Origin: Promethearchaeota archaeon
GTDB lineage: Archaea > Asgardarchaeota > Lokiarchaeia > Sigyniarchaeales > SOKP01
Reading direction: 5' to 3'
DNA: 64,000 nucleotides
Assembly (NCBI GenBank): GCA_016839705.1
Contig: JAEOTR010000041.1
Location: 50,251-114,250, forward strand
Shown: one piece after another, positions 27,673-38,050 of the stretch
Layout of the letters: each line of letters starts with the position of its first letter
How positions within the stretch are numbered: the stretch's first letter is position 1
Translations under genes and position numbers: made by a program
Notes under the pieces: generated by a model
Database searches by the model: none
The model's input: only the letters and a program-made list of their open reading frames with translations
What the model was told of the DNA's origin: nothing

Positions 27673-28515
27673 ATGGAGAATGAAACAGATAATGAATCAG
27701 ATAATGAATCCATCGAATTAGACTCAGAAGATGAGGAATATGAAGAATTTGCTGACGATGAAGGTTCAAGAGAGGTTGTTGTACCTGGTGAAATCTTGAC
27801 AGAAGATACAAAAACCTATTTACCGGGAAGAGGAACAATATATAATAATGATAGAACGAAAATTATGTCATTAAATATTGGTTTAAAACAAATCACCAAG
27901 AACTATATTAATGTAATACCTCTAAGGGGTTTTTACACCCCTAGACCAGGTGATAAAGTTATAGCTCTTGTGGTAGATAAAAATCCTGTGAAATACAAGT
28001 GTGATATCAACGCAAAAGATTTTGGGACTCTTAAACCCAAAAACACAATAAAGAAAGATAAATCAAGATCTTTCAGAGGAAGTGGAGGGAGTAGAGGAAG
28101 AGGAGGCGGAGGCGGCTATAGTCAAGAAGAAGTAAATACTAGTAAATACAAAATAGGAGATATCTTAATAGTAAAAATCCTATCAGCTGATCGAATCAAC
28201 AAGCCTGAACTAACAACAGTCGGAAAATACTTAGGGATAAGGAATAATGGGATTGTGATTTCAATTGATCCACCAAAGATCCCGAGAGTTATTGGTCGTA
28301 GTGGTTCGATGATTAAAATGTTAAAGAATTTAACGAAAACTAATATATTTGTTACCCAAAATGGACGTATTTGGATCAAAGGGGAAGACCTTGCTCATGA
28401 AAGACTTTTGATAGAATCAATACATAAGATAGAAGATGAAGCGCACACTGTGGGTTTAACAGATCGAATAAAAGAATTTATTATGAATGAAAAAAAAATT
28501 AGAGGTTTAGAATAA
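27673..28515 (+). CDS. rrp4: exosome RNA-binding subunit Rrp4
   Basis: VVPGE, YTPRPGDKVI (S1), KIPRVIGRSGSMI (KH), QNGRIW, AHTVGLTDRI. Confidence 0.93.
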   Translation: MENETDNESDNESIELDSEDEEYEEFADDEGSREVVVPGEILTEDTKTYLPGRGTIYNNDRTKIMSLNIGLKQITKNYINVIPLRGFYTPRPGDKVIALVVDKNPVKYKCDINAKDFGTLKPKNTIKKDKSRSFRGSGGSRGRGGGGGYSQEEVNTSKYKIGDILIVKILSADRINKPELTTVGKYLGIRNNGIVISIDPPKIPRVIGRSGSMIKMLKNLTKTNIFVTQNGRIWIKGEDLAHERLLIESIHKIEDEAHTVGLTDRIKEFIMNEKKIRGLE

Positions 28516-29292
28516 ATGCCATTAGTAATAAAAGATGAATATCCTGAGAAACTCTTCCGTAAAGATGGAAAAAGGCTCGATGGGAGAGACTTAGACGAAT
28601 TAAGACCCATCAAGATGGAAGTTGGTGTAATTAAAAATGCAGATGGTTCTGCGTATTTAGAATGGGGGAATAACAAAGTTTATGCAGCAGTTTATGGACC
28701 AAGAGAAGTCCATCCTCATCACTTATCTAAACCAGATCGAGGGATTCTAAGAGTATTTTATAGGATGGCTACTTTTTCCGTTTTTGACCGAAAAAGACCA
28801 GCTCCTGGACGTAGAGAGAAAGAAATATCTATGATTGTATCAGATTGCTTAGAACCAATTCTATTTCTCGAACTATATCCGGGTACCAGCTTTGAAGTTT
28901 TCATTGAAGTAATGGATGCGGATGGCGGAACTAGATGTGCAAGCACTACCGTAGCAGCCTTAGCTTTAGCTGATGCGGGAATACCCATGAAAAGTTTGGT
29001 CTCAGCAATAGCTGTAGGTAAGATTGATGGAAAAAGAGTGGTGGATCTTTCTGGAATTGAGGATAAAGCCGGTGAAGCAGATTTTCCAATCGCTATTACA
29101 TGGTATAACGAAGAAATTTCGCTATTACAATTTGATGGGGATATGGATTTAGATGAAATGAATGATTTCTTAGAAAAAGCAAAGGTAGCCTTAAGTAAAA
29201 TACATCAAATACAATTGGACACACTAAAAAGTAAATATCTTCTCGCGCAAGGAGAATTAACAAATGAAAAAGAAATAGAGGGTGAGAACTAA
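28516..29292 (+). CDS. rrp41: exosome core subunit Rrp41
   Basis: RLDGR..DELRP, ADGSAYLEWG, VYGPRE, ADGGTRCA. Confidence 0.96.
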   Translation: MPLVIKDEYPEKLFRKDGKRLDGRDLDELRPIKMEVGVIKNADGSAYLEWGNNKVYAAVYGPREVHPHHLSKPDRGILRVFYRMATFSVFDRKRPAPGRREKEISMIVSDCLEPILFLELYPGTSFEVFIEVMDADGGTRCASTTVAALALADAGIPMKSLVSAIAVGKIDGKRVVDLSGIEDKAGEADFPIAITWYNEEISLLQFDGDMDLDEMNDFLEKAKVALSKIHQIQLDTLKSKYLLAQGELTNEKEIEGEN

Positions 29293-29294
29293 TA

Positions 29295-30122
29295 ATGATG
29301 GATGTCAAACGTATTGTCTCGAGAATTGAAAAAAATTATATTACTTCGAACTTGAGAAAAGAAGAACGGATTGATGGACGAGGACTCTGGGAGTACCGAA
29401 AGTTTGAAGTTAAAAGTGATATTATTGCCTCAGCTGAAGGTTCTGCTGATGTGACATTAGGAGATACAAGGATAATTACCGGTTTAAAATACGAAGTCGG
29501 TGAACCTTTTCCAGATCTTCCAAATGAAGGTGTTTGCACTATAATGGCGGAGTTACTTCCATTAGCATCCCCATTGTTTGAAAGAGGACCTCCAGATGAA
29601 CAATCAATAGAATTAGCACGAGTTGTTGATCGAGGAATCAGGCATGCAGATTGTGTTCAAACTAAAAAACTTTGTATTAAAGAGAAGGAAGCAGTTTATA
29701 TACTTTTTGTTGATATGTACGTATTAAATCATAACGGGAATTTAATTGATGCTGGAGCTGTAAGTGCGTTGACTACATTACTTTCTGCACACATTCCTGA
29801 AGGGATAATTGGGGATAATGGTCTAGAATGGACAGGTAAATATCTAAAAGGAAAGGATATAGTTAATGAGTTGCCATTAGCATTAACTTATGGAAAAATT
29901 GATGATATAATTTTTCTCGATCCTATGTTACCTGAAGAATTAGTATGTGACGGGAGAATGTCAATATCGGTCACAAAAGATAAAATAACTTCAATTCAAA
30001 AGAGTGGAACTGCTACATTTTCAATTGATGAGATTAAAATGCTCGGTAAAAAATCAATTGAAATTGGCCAACAATTAAGAAAACAGTTAAATCTATCCCA
30101 GTATCAATCTTCTAATAAATAA
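29295..30122 (+). CDS. rrp42: exosome core subunit Rrp42
   Basis: RIDGR...EYR, AEGSA, PFPDLPNEG, ELARVVDRGIR. Confidence 0.96.
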   Translation: MMDVKRIVSRIEKNYITSNLRKEERIDGRGLWEYRKFEVKSDIIASAEGSADVTLGDTRIITGLKYEVGEPFPDLPNEGVCTIMAELLPLASPLFERGPPDEQSIELARVVDRGIRHADCVQTKKLCIKEKEAVYILFVDMYVLNHNGNLIDAGAVSALTTLLSAHIPEGIIGDNGLEWTGKYLKGKDIVNELPLALTYGKIDDIIFLDPMLPEELVCDGRMSISVTKDKITSIQKSGTATFSIDEIKMLGKKSIEIGQQLRKQLNLSQYQSSNK

Positions 30123-30138
30123 AATAATTTTATTCCTA

Positions 30139-30158
30139 TTTTTTTGTATTTTTTTTTT
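30139..30158 (+). terminator. oligo-T archaeal terminator after rrp42
   Basis: Two long T tracts just downstream of the stop codon. Confidence 0.45.
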
Positions 30159-30491
30159 GGAAATAATTTTTTTAAGAAAGTTGTTTCGAATTAATATAGT
30201 CAGATTAAATGCTTTATTATCAACTTCTAAATAATCATCAATAATCTGGTTTCAATCTATAAGGAATGACATCTTACTCGACATTTAAGTCAACAAGAAT
30301 TTAGTTTGATCTTTTAGATCTTTAATATAATTGTTTAATTTGTGTTTATTTATAAATTTCCTTTAAATGAGATGATTCTTTAAGGTAGAATATATAAAAT
30401 ATCTTGGAAACATATTAAACTGTTTAGAAAAATTTATAGTTTATTCAATATTTAAAATTACATCAATTATTAAAAATAAACTTTGATTAAA

Positions 30492-30779
30492 TTGGGAAAA
30501 ACAAAAAAAGTCGGTCCAACGGGAAAGTACGGGGCACGATTTGGGAGCACTTTGCGTAAAAGAACTCGCTTAATTTTAGAAAAGATGAAAGGCGATTCTA
30601 GATGTCCTAAATGTCTGACTAAAGGAACCACACATAGAATTTCAACAGGAATTTGGCATTGTAAAAAATGCGATGCACGATTCACTGGTGGAGCCTATTA
30701 CATTGAAACCCCTCGTGGTGCTGAATCTTTCCGAATCAGTAAACGCAGGCAAAGAGAATTAGAAGCAATTGAAGAATAA
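30492..30779 (+). CDS. rpl37ae: ribosomal protein eL43 (L37ae)
   Basis: GKTKKVGPTGKYGARFG, CPKC, GIWHCKKC, FTGGAY; TTG start at 30492 preferred. Confidence 0.95.
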   Translation: MGKTKKVGPTGKYGARFGSTLRKRTRLILEKMKGDSRCPKCLTKGTTHRISTGIWHCKKCDARFTGGAYYIETPRGAESFRISKRRQRELEAIEE

Positions 30780-31051
30780 TGAGTCAAAACAGAATTTTTT
30801 CAATTTCATCATCTATAGAGTTAAAATTTAATAATTCTGAGACACGAGATAGATCTTATAACTCATTTATTCCAGATATAAAAAAATTACAAACTAATCG
30901 TTCTAAAGTTTTGATGGAGAAAAAAAATTCTAAAATTCTTATTTTTAAGATTGAGAGTAATGACATCACAGCTTTTAGAGCATCAGTTAATGAGGTTATA
31001 AACTTTGGGAAAATAGTTGATAATGTTGTAAGAATATCAGAAATTTCTTAA
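30779..31051 (+). CDS. pcc1: KEOPS subunit Pcc1
   Basis: RSKV...IESNDITAFRASVN; canonical position between rpl37ae and pfdB. Confidence 0.85.
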   Translation: MSQNRIFSISSSIELKFNNSETRDRSYNSFIPDIKKLQTNRSKVLMEKKNSKILIFKIESNDITAFRASVNEVINFGKIVDNVVRISEIS

Positions 31052-31108
31052 GAAAATAAATACTATCTACAATAATATAATAAATACTGAAAATAGGGAA
31101 AAGAAAAT

Positions 31109-31474
31109 ATGACAATTAATCTTGATGATTTAGATGAAGAACAGAAAAATAAAATCCAAAATCTGGCTAATTTACAACAAACTTATGAAATTATTGAAAC
31201 CCAGCGAAGGCAAACAGAATCTCATCTAAGAGAAACAGAATTTGCTATTGAAGAATTGGAAAAAGTGACTTCTGAGGATACAACAGTATATAAATCCTTA
31301 GGTGGAATTCTTGTATTGAGTGATAAGAATAAGTTACTTGATGAGAAAAAAAGTCTTAAAGTAACTCTTGAAATGAGATTGAAAACATTAGACCAGAAAA
31401 AATCAAGATTGGAAAATCAAATAAAAACATTAACTAGTTCAATTCAGAGTGATCTTCAAAATAAAGACGACTAG
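31109..31474 (+). CDS. pfdB: prefoldin beta subunit
   Basis: Coiled coils flanking VYKSLGGILV hairpin. Confidence 0.9.
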   Translation: MTINLDDLDEEQKNKIQNLANLQQTYEIIETQRRQTESHLRETEFAIEELEKVTSEDTTVYKSLGGILVLSDKNKLLDEKKSLKVTLEMRLKTLDQKKSRLENQIKTLTSSIQSDLQNKDD

Positions 31475-31482
31475 CCAACTTT

Positions 31483-32505
31483 ATGTTAAATTTCAAATAT
31501 GAAGATTTTTTATCCTATTTGAAAGGTAAAAAGATCCTCATTACAACTCATGATCTAGTAGATATTGACGGTCTTGCTTCATGTTTTGCATTAAAGTTTT
31601 TTTTAACTGAGTATTTTTACAAACCAACTATCTCTATATTTTTTTCAGAATTATCGAAACCTACTAGAAACTACATGGTTAAATTTTCTGAGAAATTCCC
31701 TGAATTTATTTTTACCTACAGCAATAATGTTAAACTGTCTAATTATGATGTGTGTTTAATAATTGATGCAAATGAAGTTAACCAAATAGGATTAACCACG
31801 AAAAATAATACTTCACAATTAAGTATACCTTATATTATTATAGATCATCATCACTTCAATAAAGATAACTTGAATAATGAAAATTTGGGATTGTTAAATT
31901 TAATTAATGATAATTTTTCTTCCACTGCTGAAATAATTTTGAATTTATGTCAGCAATATTCTCAAAAATTACCTACCCCTTATAAATATCTAATTACCAC
32001 CGCAATTTTAACTGATTCTGGCTTTTTTAATTATGGAAACAATAATACCATAAAAAATGTAAGTGATTTATTAGATAAAGATTTAGATATTCAAGACGTT
32101 AGATTATTATTGAATAAAGAAATCGATATTTCTGAAAGAATAGCACAGATTAAAGGATTACAGAGAGTAGAATTAATCCGAGAAGGAAATTATTTAATTG
32201 GGATTTCAAATGTCAGTAGTTTTGGGGCAAAGGTTGCAAGTACTCTCCTTAAAATTGGTTTTGATATCAGTATTATCCATTCAATAGAAAAAGAACAGAA
32301 AATAATTAATGGTAGAGTTAAAAAAACTATATGTATTAAAACGGGGTTACACATTGGGAAAATATTTGAAGAAATATCCAAGAAATTTGGGGGAAGTGGG
32401 GGCGGACATGATGGTGCTGCCGCATTAACCGTTGATATGGATTCAGAAGTGATACTGAAAAAAATTATTGAAAAAATAATAGAAGTGTTACGATCTAAAA
32501 TTTAA
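31483..32505 (+). CDS. DHH family phosphoesterase
   Basis: TTHDLVDIDG, IIDHH, TDSG, GGGHDGAA. Confidence 0.9.
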   Translation: MLNFKYEDFLSYLKGKKILITTHDLVDIDGLASCFALKFFLTEYFYKPTISIFFSELSKPTRNYMVKFSEKFPEFIFTYSNNVKLSNYDVCLIIDANEVNQIGLTTKNNTSQLSIPYIIIDHHHFNKDNLNNENLGLLNLINDNFSSTAEIILNLCQQYSQKLPTPYKYLITTAILTDSGFFNYGNNNTIKNVSDLLDKDLDIQDVRLLLNKEIDISERIAQIKGLQRVELIREGNYLIGISNVSSFGAKVASTLLKIGFDISIIHSIEKEQKIINGRVKKTICIKTGLHIGKIFEEISKKFGGSGGGHDGAAALTVDMDSEVILKKIIEKIIEVLRSKI

Positions 32506-32556
32506 TTTAATAAAAGATTATTATAATTCAAAATTTAAAATCGATTTACTTTAAGC

Positions 32557-33402
32557 ATGGATTTAATAAGATTCGAAAATTTCTTTTACCGTTATAAAGG
32601 AAATGAGGAATATGCCTTAAATAATATTAATTTAAAAATAGAAAAAGAAGATAATTTCATATTACTCTGTGGAGAAACAGGATCTGGAAAAACAACATTA
32701 ATTAAATGCATGAACGGGTTAATCCCGCAATTTTATTCGGGTTTTTATAAAGGGAGTGTGTTTATAAATGAAAAAAACACAGTTGATACATCAATTGCTA
32801 ATTTATCGACGGAAGTTGGTATAGTTTTTCAAAATCCGGAGAACCAGTTAATTGCTATGAATGTAGAACACGAAATCGCATTTGGGTTAGAAAATCTTGG
32901 CATACCTCGCAAAGAAATAGCTCAAAAAATAGAAGAAAGTGCTTCATTAACTGAAATTGAACATCTCCTTGATAAAGCACCATTTGAATTAAGTGGTGGG
33001 GAACAACAACGTGTAGCAATTGCTTCAATATTAGTACTAGAACCAAAAATATTGATCTTAGATGAACCCACAGCATTATTAGATCCCAAAATGGCAAGGA
33101 AGATTATTCGTCTCTTAAAAGAGATTCAATTAGAAAGAAAAATTACAATTTTGATAAGCGAACATCGACTAGATTTGTTACTCCCGTTCGCTGATCAAAT
33201 GATCTTGATGAAAAATGGGAGAGTTATTGAACATAATTCTCTTGAAATGGTTATTAATGGAGAAAACTTCCAGAATTTAAATCTTAACAAACCAATAATT
33301 TATTCCATTTTCATGAAATTAAAGGAAGAAAATTTGTTTGAAGGAAAGATTCCCACCTCTATTCCAGAGGCGGTGAATTCCTTAAAAAGTGTATTAAAAT
33401 AA
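32557..33402 (+). CDS. ecfA1: ECF transporter ATPase
   Basis: GETGSGKTT, VFQNPENQ, LSGGEQQR, LDEPT. Confidence 0.9.
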   Translation: MDLIRFENFFYRYKGNEEYALNNINLKIEKEDNFILLCGETGSGKTTLIKCMNGLIPQFYSGFYKGSVFINEKNTVDTSIANLSTEVGIVFQNPENQLIAMNVEHEIAFGLENLGIPRKEIAQKIEESASLTEIEHLLDKAPFELSGGEQQRVAIASILVLEPKILILDEPTALLDPKMARKIIRLLKEIQLERKITILISEHRLDLLLPFADQMILMKNGRVIEHNSLEMVINGENFQNLNLNKPIIYSIFMKLKEENLFEGKIPTSIPEAVNSLKSVLK

Positions 33403-33432
33403 TTGGTGAGATAGATAAGTCCTGAATTACCC

Positions 33433-34278
33433 TTGATAATGATTAAAGATGTAGTGTATACTTACCCAAATGGCACTACGGCATTGAAAGAAATTAATTT
33501 AAACATTTATCAAGGAGAATTAGTTGGTATAATGGGTAAAAACGGAGCAGGTAAGACAACCCTTATTCGAACTTTAAATGGATTAATAAGACCAACGCAA
33601 GGTAATATCTATATTAATAACAACAATATTAAGAACACTACTATTGCATCATTATCAAAAGAGGTAGGACTTATATTTCAGAATGCTTCTCATCAACTTT
33701 TTGCAAACACTTTAGAGGACGAAATTAAATTTTCCTTGAAAAGTTTTAATTTAAGTAAGGAAGAGAGTCAAAAAAAAACAAATGAGATTTTACACCAGTT
33801 TAATCTTGAGAAATATAAAAATAGATCTCCCCTGAATCTATCTGGAGGGGAATCAAAAAAATTAGCTATTGCATCGATATTTTGTAGAGATCCAGATATT
33901 TTAATATTTGATGAACCGACTTTAGGTCAAGATGCTAAAGAAATTGATTTCTTTTTAAGATTAATCAAAAAAGAAAGAGAGTATAACAAAACTATAATAA
34001 TTATCACCCACAATGTTGAATTTGCGTTTGAATATATACCTAGGACAATTTTAATGGCAGAGGGGAAAATAATTGCTGATGGACCGACACAAAAAGTATT
34101 AAAAAATAAGAAGTTAGTGGAGGATTCTTCATTAGTATTGCCCCAATCCCAACAACTATCCTTAGCATTAGAATCAGAGGGATTTCAAAACACGGATACT
34201 TTACTTTCTAAGTCTGATGCAACACTATATTTAATGCAATTTTTTAAGAACGCTATTAGGAGGAATCAGGGGGAATAA
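33433..34278 (+). CDS. ecfA2: ECF transporter ATPase
   Basis: GKNGAGKTT, LSGGE, FDEPTLGQD. Confidence 0.9.
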   Translation: MIMIKDVVYTYPNGTTALKEINLNIYQGELVGIMGKNGAGKTTLIRTLNGLIRPTQGNIYINNNNIKNTTIASLSKEVGLIFQNASHQLFANTLEDEIKFSLKSFNLSKEESQKKTNEILHQFNLEKYKNRSPLNLSGGESKKLAIASIFCRDPDILIFDEPTLGQDAKEIDFFLRLIKKEREYNKTIIIITHNVEFAFEYIPRTILMAEGKIIADGPTQKVLKNKKLVEDSSLVLPQSQQLSLALESEGFQNTDTLLSKSDATLYLMQFFKNAIRRNQGE

Positions 34279-34283
34279 ATAGT

Positions 34284-35051
34284 ATGTCTTTAGAATTTCT
34301 TAACGCCTTTAAATTTATGAGAAAAGAATCATTTTTACATAATTTAGATCCTCGGGCTAAATTAATTCTTGCGATAACTTATACAATTATAGCATTATTA
34401 TTCAATCAAATCATTCCATTATTCTTAATTTTCTTAAGCTTAATTCCACTCATAATCATTGGAAAGATTTTTAGACAGTGGATTAAAAGTATTCGAGGAT
34501 TATCCTTTTTGGTCATTTTTATAGTAGTTTTAAATACGTTGTTTATTTCGTTATCTTTTGCAATTGCGATGATACTGAGAATTTTCATTATGATTTCAGC
34601 ATTTTCAATCTTTTTCTTAACAGTAGATCCAAATAATTTAGCTCTTTCTTTAATATCTATGAAATTGCCTTATGAATTTGCCTTCTCTTTTTCCTTAGCC
34701 TTTAGATTTGTTCCAACCATCGCAAAAGAAGCCCAAAATATAATGGATGCTCAACAAAGTAGAGGGTACGAAATGCAAGAAAAAGGACTTATTAACCAAA
34801 TTAAAAATCTTTTTCCATTATTAATTCCATTAATCATATGCTCAATTAGAAGAGCCTTTAACGTAGCTGAAGCTCTAGAATCAAGAGCATTTGGAAGTAA
34901 AAAAGAACGTTCATATTATTACACAATTAAATATTCTGTCAAAGACTGGATTTTTACGCTCTATTTGTTATTATTTCTTACATTTTTTATTATATTAAAA
35001 ATTCAATTTAATTTAATGCCTGAATTCTTTTCATGGAGTTTACCGTTGTGA
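34284..35051 (+). CDS. ecfT: ECF transporter transmembrane component
   Basis: LHNLDPRAK, FRFVP, AQQSRG, ALESRAF. Confidence 0.9.
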   Translation: MSLEFLNAFKFMRKESFLHNLDPRAKLILAITYTIIALLFNQIIPLFLIFLSLIPLIIIGKIFRQWIKSIRGLSFLVIFIVVLNTLFISLSFAIAMILRIFIMISAFSIFFLTVDPNNLALSLISMKLPYEFAFSFSLAFRFVPTIAKEAQNIMDAQQSRGYEMQEKGLINQIKNLFPLLIPLIICSIRRAFNVAEALESRAFGSKKERSYYYTIKYSVKDWIFTLYLLLFLTFFIILKIQFNLMPEFFSWSLPL

Positions 35052-35728
35052 TTGTAAAAGATTTTAACATTGAACACATAGGTTTAAAATATTATGTTGG
35101 GATTTCTCAAATAAGAATCGAATTAAATCAATTTTTAAAATCTTATAACTTACCTAATGAAGAAGAAGCGCTAAATTATTTGTTTAAAATAATAGAGGAC
35201 GTTCAAAATAAAAATAAAGAATTGATAATACAAGTTTTCAAGGATAAATATGTTTTAAACCAAGATCATATTTTTATCGCATGTTATTATCTACAAAAAG
35301 CAATATTTCATGAAACCCTAATATCTAAAAAGAAAAATATTGAATTACTATTATATTTATCAACATATAGGCAAATAGGTAAGGGTATAAAATCGTTTGG
35401 TGTTGATACTTCTGACTTAAAGAAGGGCACATTTCTAATCTGTATTATCTCACCGATTAACAACCTCACCAAGATTAATAATGATATTTTAGAAATTCTT
35501 AATGCAACAGAGTTAGACATATCTATCAATGATTTAACAGATGAGAAGATCAAAGAAATACTAAAGTTTTATGAGATGTCTAAACCACAAATCAAATCTG
35601 TATTAAATTCTTATGGGATTAAAAATATCAATATAGAAAATCCAAATAACAACTTAAATGATATATCAGTGGCAATATTTGACTTAATATGTGAGAAAAT
35701 GGCGCTGTTGAGTTTGGAAAAAATATAA
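35033..35728 (+). CDS. cgi121: KEOPS subunit Cgi121 (true start may be a few codons downstream)
   Basis: ELLLYLSTYRQIGKGIKSFGV, C-terminal EKMALL. Confidence 0.8.
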   Translation: MEFTVVIVKDFNIEHIGLKYYVGISQIRIELNQFLKSYNLPNEEEALNYLFKIIEDVQNKNKELIIQVFKDKYVLNQDHIFIACYYLQKAIFHETLISKKKNIELLLYLSTYRQIGKGIKSFGVDTSDLKKGTFLICIISPINNLTKINNDILEILNATELDISINDLTDEKIKEILKFYEMSKPQIKSVLNSYGIKNINIENPNNNLNDISVAIFDLICEKMALLSLEKI

Positions 35729-35743
35729 TTAGGCATATCAAAC

Positions 35744-36259
35744 TTAATCTACTTTATGGACAATATCATTCTTTTGCAAAAAAGATACACTACTAAAATT
35801 ACCTAAAATTTCTATCCTAATTACTTTATCGGGATTCTCAAGATCAACTTTATTATGTATTCCCGCAGCAATTCGTTCGATAAGAGTATCTCTTTCTATT
35901 TTCTCATGCTTTCTCCGCTTTAATTCAATTTTAAAAGAATCTTGTTCTTTGATAAATGTGTTACAATGATGATGTATCAAATTTACCAATATTTTGGTAT
36001 TTGTTTCACATACAAAATCTATAGGGATAATTTTCAGTATATATTGGAAAAAGTGGGATTTTTCTTTCAATAGCTTTCGAATTTTTCGAGTAACTAATTT
36101 GGCATTTATCTCAGTTAACGCAGTTAATAACCCGGGAAATGTCAATGTTGAGATTATTGGATAGGTATCACCACATATTAATAGAGTAAACCATAACTCT
36201 GTACTGGCATTTGTCTCATTATATCTTGACGTAGAAATTAATAAATTGAAATTTTTTAT
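35744..36259 (-). CDS. THUMP domain RNA-binding protein, probable ATA start
   Basis: KIIPID, SFKIELKRR, KVDLENPDKVIRIEILG. Frame is open 38 codons upstream of the track start (IKNFNLLISTSRYNE...) up to an in-frame TAA. Confidence 0.8.
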   Translation of the reverse strand: MKNFNLLISTSRYNETNASTELWFTLLICGDTYPIISTLTFPGLLTALTEINAKLVTRKIRKLLKEKSHFFQYILKIIPIDFVCETNTKILVNLIHHHCNTFIKEQDSFKIELKRRKHEKIERDTLIERIAAGIHNKVDLENPDKVIRIEILGNFSSVSFLQKNDIVHKVD

Positions 36260-36273
36260 TTATATCACTTTCT

Positions 36274-36933
36274 TTATTTTGACAAAAACTCTAAAATCTC
36301 TTCTTTAGGGATCTTCCCAATTCTTAAAAACTTTGGTACAGGTGTTGAACAGTCAATAATGGTAGTTGAAAGTTGAGATTGAGACTTACCCCCATCAATA
36401 ATTAAATCAATTGGACTTAGTATTTTCTTTGCTACTTCGTCCCCACTAATACAGGGAGGTTCCCCTGAATAGTTTGCTGAAGTTCCTATTATAATCCCTA
36501 AGAAGCCTTGAGATTTTAAAATATTTAATATTTCCGCAATAATTTCATTCTCAGGAACTCGCAATCCAATTGTATCTTTGTATGCAGTAACTTCGGGTGG
36601 TATTATACATTGGTCTTTCTTTCTTAATATTAGTGTCAATTGACCTGGCCAATATTTTTTTGCCAATCTAAGAGCTAAATCGTTAAATTCAGCAATCTTT
36701 AAAGCCTCTTCAATATCGGAAGCTAAAAGTAAGAATCCTTTAGATTTATCTCGAAACTTTATATCATACAATCTGTTGATAACATTTAAATTTAACGGGT
36801 TACCTCCAATACCATAAACGGAATTAGTAGGGAAGGCAATTATTTTCCCCTCTATTATATTTTCAACAGCAACCTCTAAATAGAAGGCTACTTCTCTCAA
36901 ATCTTTCCCAGCAAGCTTTACTAAAAATCCCAT
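36274..36933 (-). CDS. sua5: threonylcarbamoyl-AMP synthase (YrdC/Sua5 domain)
   Basis: AFPTNSVYGIG, IKFR, WPGQLT, IGLRVP, TSANYSG. Confidence 0.92.
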   Translation of the reverse strand: MGFLVKLAGKDLREVAFYLEVAVENIIEGKIIAFPTNSVYGIGGNPLNLNVINRLYDIKFRDKSKGFLLLASDIEEALKIAEFNDLALRLAKKYWPGQLTLILRKKDQCIIPPEVTAYKDTIGLRVPENEIIAEILNILKSQGFLGIIIGTSANYSGEPPCISGDEVAKKILSPIDLIIDGGKSQSQLSTTIIDCSTPVPKFLRIGKIPKEEILEFLSK

Positions 36934-37105
36934 GAATATTAGCTAAGTTTGTTCAATATTTAAATTCATTAAATTGAAAAAAATCAATATTAATTATAAA
37001 TTTGTTTTATTAGACTATAATTTGCGATAACAAACCACTCAGAAATCAATTTTTAAATTGATAATATTTATTTACAATAATAAGTGTAGTTTAAAAGATT
37101 TGTAA

Positions 37106-38047
37106 TTATTTTGGATATTGGTCTTGACAACTTAATTCTACGGTTATTCGTTCCCAATTATGATCCAATTGTTCTTGAAGTTCTATCAAATCTTTTTCAG
37201 AAATTTGTGAGAATCGTTTCTGTTTGGAAAGATAATCGATTAATGGAGCTCTCCTAGAAGCATCTGTCAACGATTTACTTTTTTTCGATAATGTCATTAT
37301 ACCATTTTCAACCTCAAACAATATCCACGAACCTGATTTTACTGCCAATCGTGCAACTTCAATTGCATTTTCAGAATTGAATCCCCATCCCGGAGGGCAA
37401 GGAGCTAAAATATGAATATATTTACAGCCTTTAATTGATTTTGCTTTTTTAAATTTATCATATAAATCAAGTGGTTCGCTAATACTGCAGGTTGCAACAT
37501 AAGGTATCTCATGGGCTGCTAAAATAGCTGGAAGGTTCTTCTTAAACCTATCTTTTCCAAGAGTTGTAGTTGTAGTAATTGCTCCGTGAGGTGTGCTTGA
37601 AGACCGCTGAATTCCAGTGTTCATATATGCCTCGTTATCATAACAGCAATAAATTATATTTGTATTTCTTTCTGCTGCTCCGCTTAGACCTTGAATACCT
37701 ATGTCTGCTGTGCCTCCATCTCCCGCAAATACTAATGTAGTTATTTCTTCCCATCCTCTATTTGGGAACTTATATGCTTTCGCATCGAATGCAGCTTTCA
37801 TTCCAGTAGCTGCAGCTGCCCCTGCCGCAAATGCCATATTGGTAAATGGGAAATTTGGAGCTGTTTTAGGCCATAACCCAATAACAACATTTAAGCATGA
37901 CGCAGGGGTTACAAGAGCGGTATTAGGACCTAAAGCTTTCATTGCCCATCTAAGTGCAATCTCAAGACCACAACCCGCACAGCAAGAGTTACCCGGGAGA
38001 AAAAACTCCTCTTGACATGAATCTAACGCTTCTTTTAATTTTACCAT
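37106..38047 (-). CDS. porB: 2-oxoacid:ferredoxin oxidoreductase beta subunit
   Basis: CAGCG, GDGGTADIG, DNEAYMNTGIQRS, PCPPGW. Confidence 0.9.
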   Translation of the reverse strand: MVKLKEALDSCQEEFFLPGNSCCAGCGLEIALRWAMKALGPNTALVTPASCLNVVIGLWPKTAPNFPFTNMAFAAGAAAATGMKAAFDAKAYKFPNRGWEEITTLVFAGDGGTADIGIQGLSGAAERNTNIIYCCYDNEAYMNTGIQRSSSTPHGAITTTTTLGKDRFKKNLPAILAAHEIPYVATCSISEPLDLYDKFKKAKSIKGCKYIHILAPCPPGWGFNSENAIEVARLAVKSGSWILFEVENGIMTLSKKSKSLTDASRRAPLIDYLSKQKRFSQISEKDLIELQEQLDHNWERITVELSCQDQYPK

Positions 38048-38050
38048 CTT

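Noticed and set aside
37748-37768. TTCCCA/TGGGAA hairpin in a short insertion-like region of porB as a possible hidden intron
   Set aside because: No central 4-bp helix, and excision at BHB positions (28 nt) would shift the frame.
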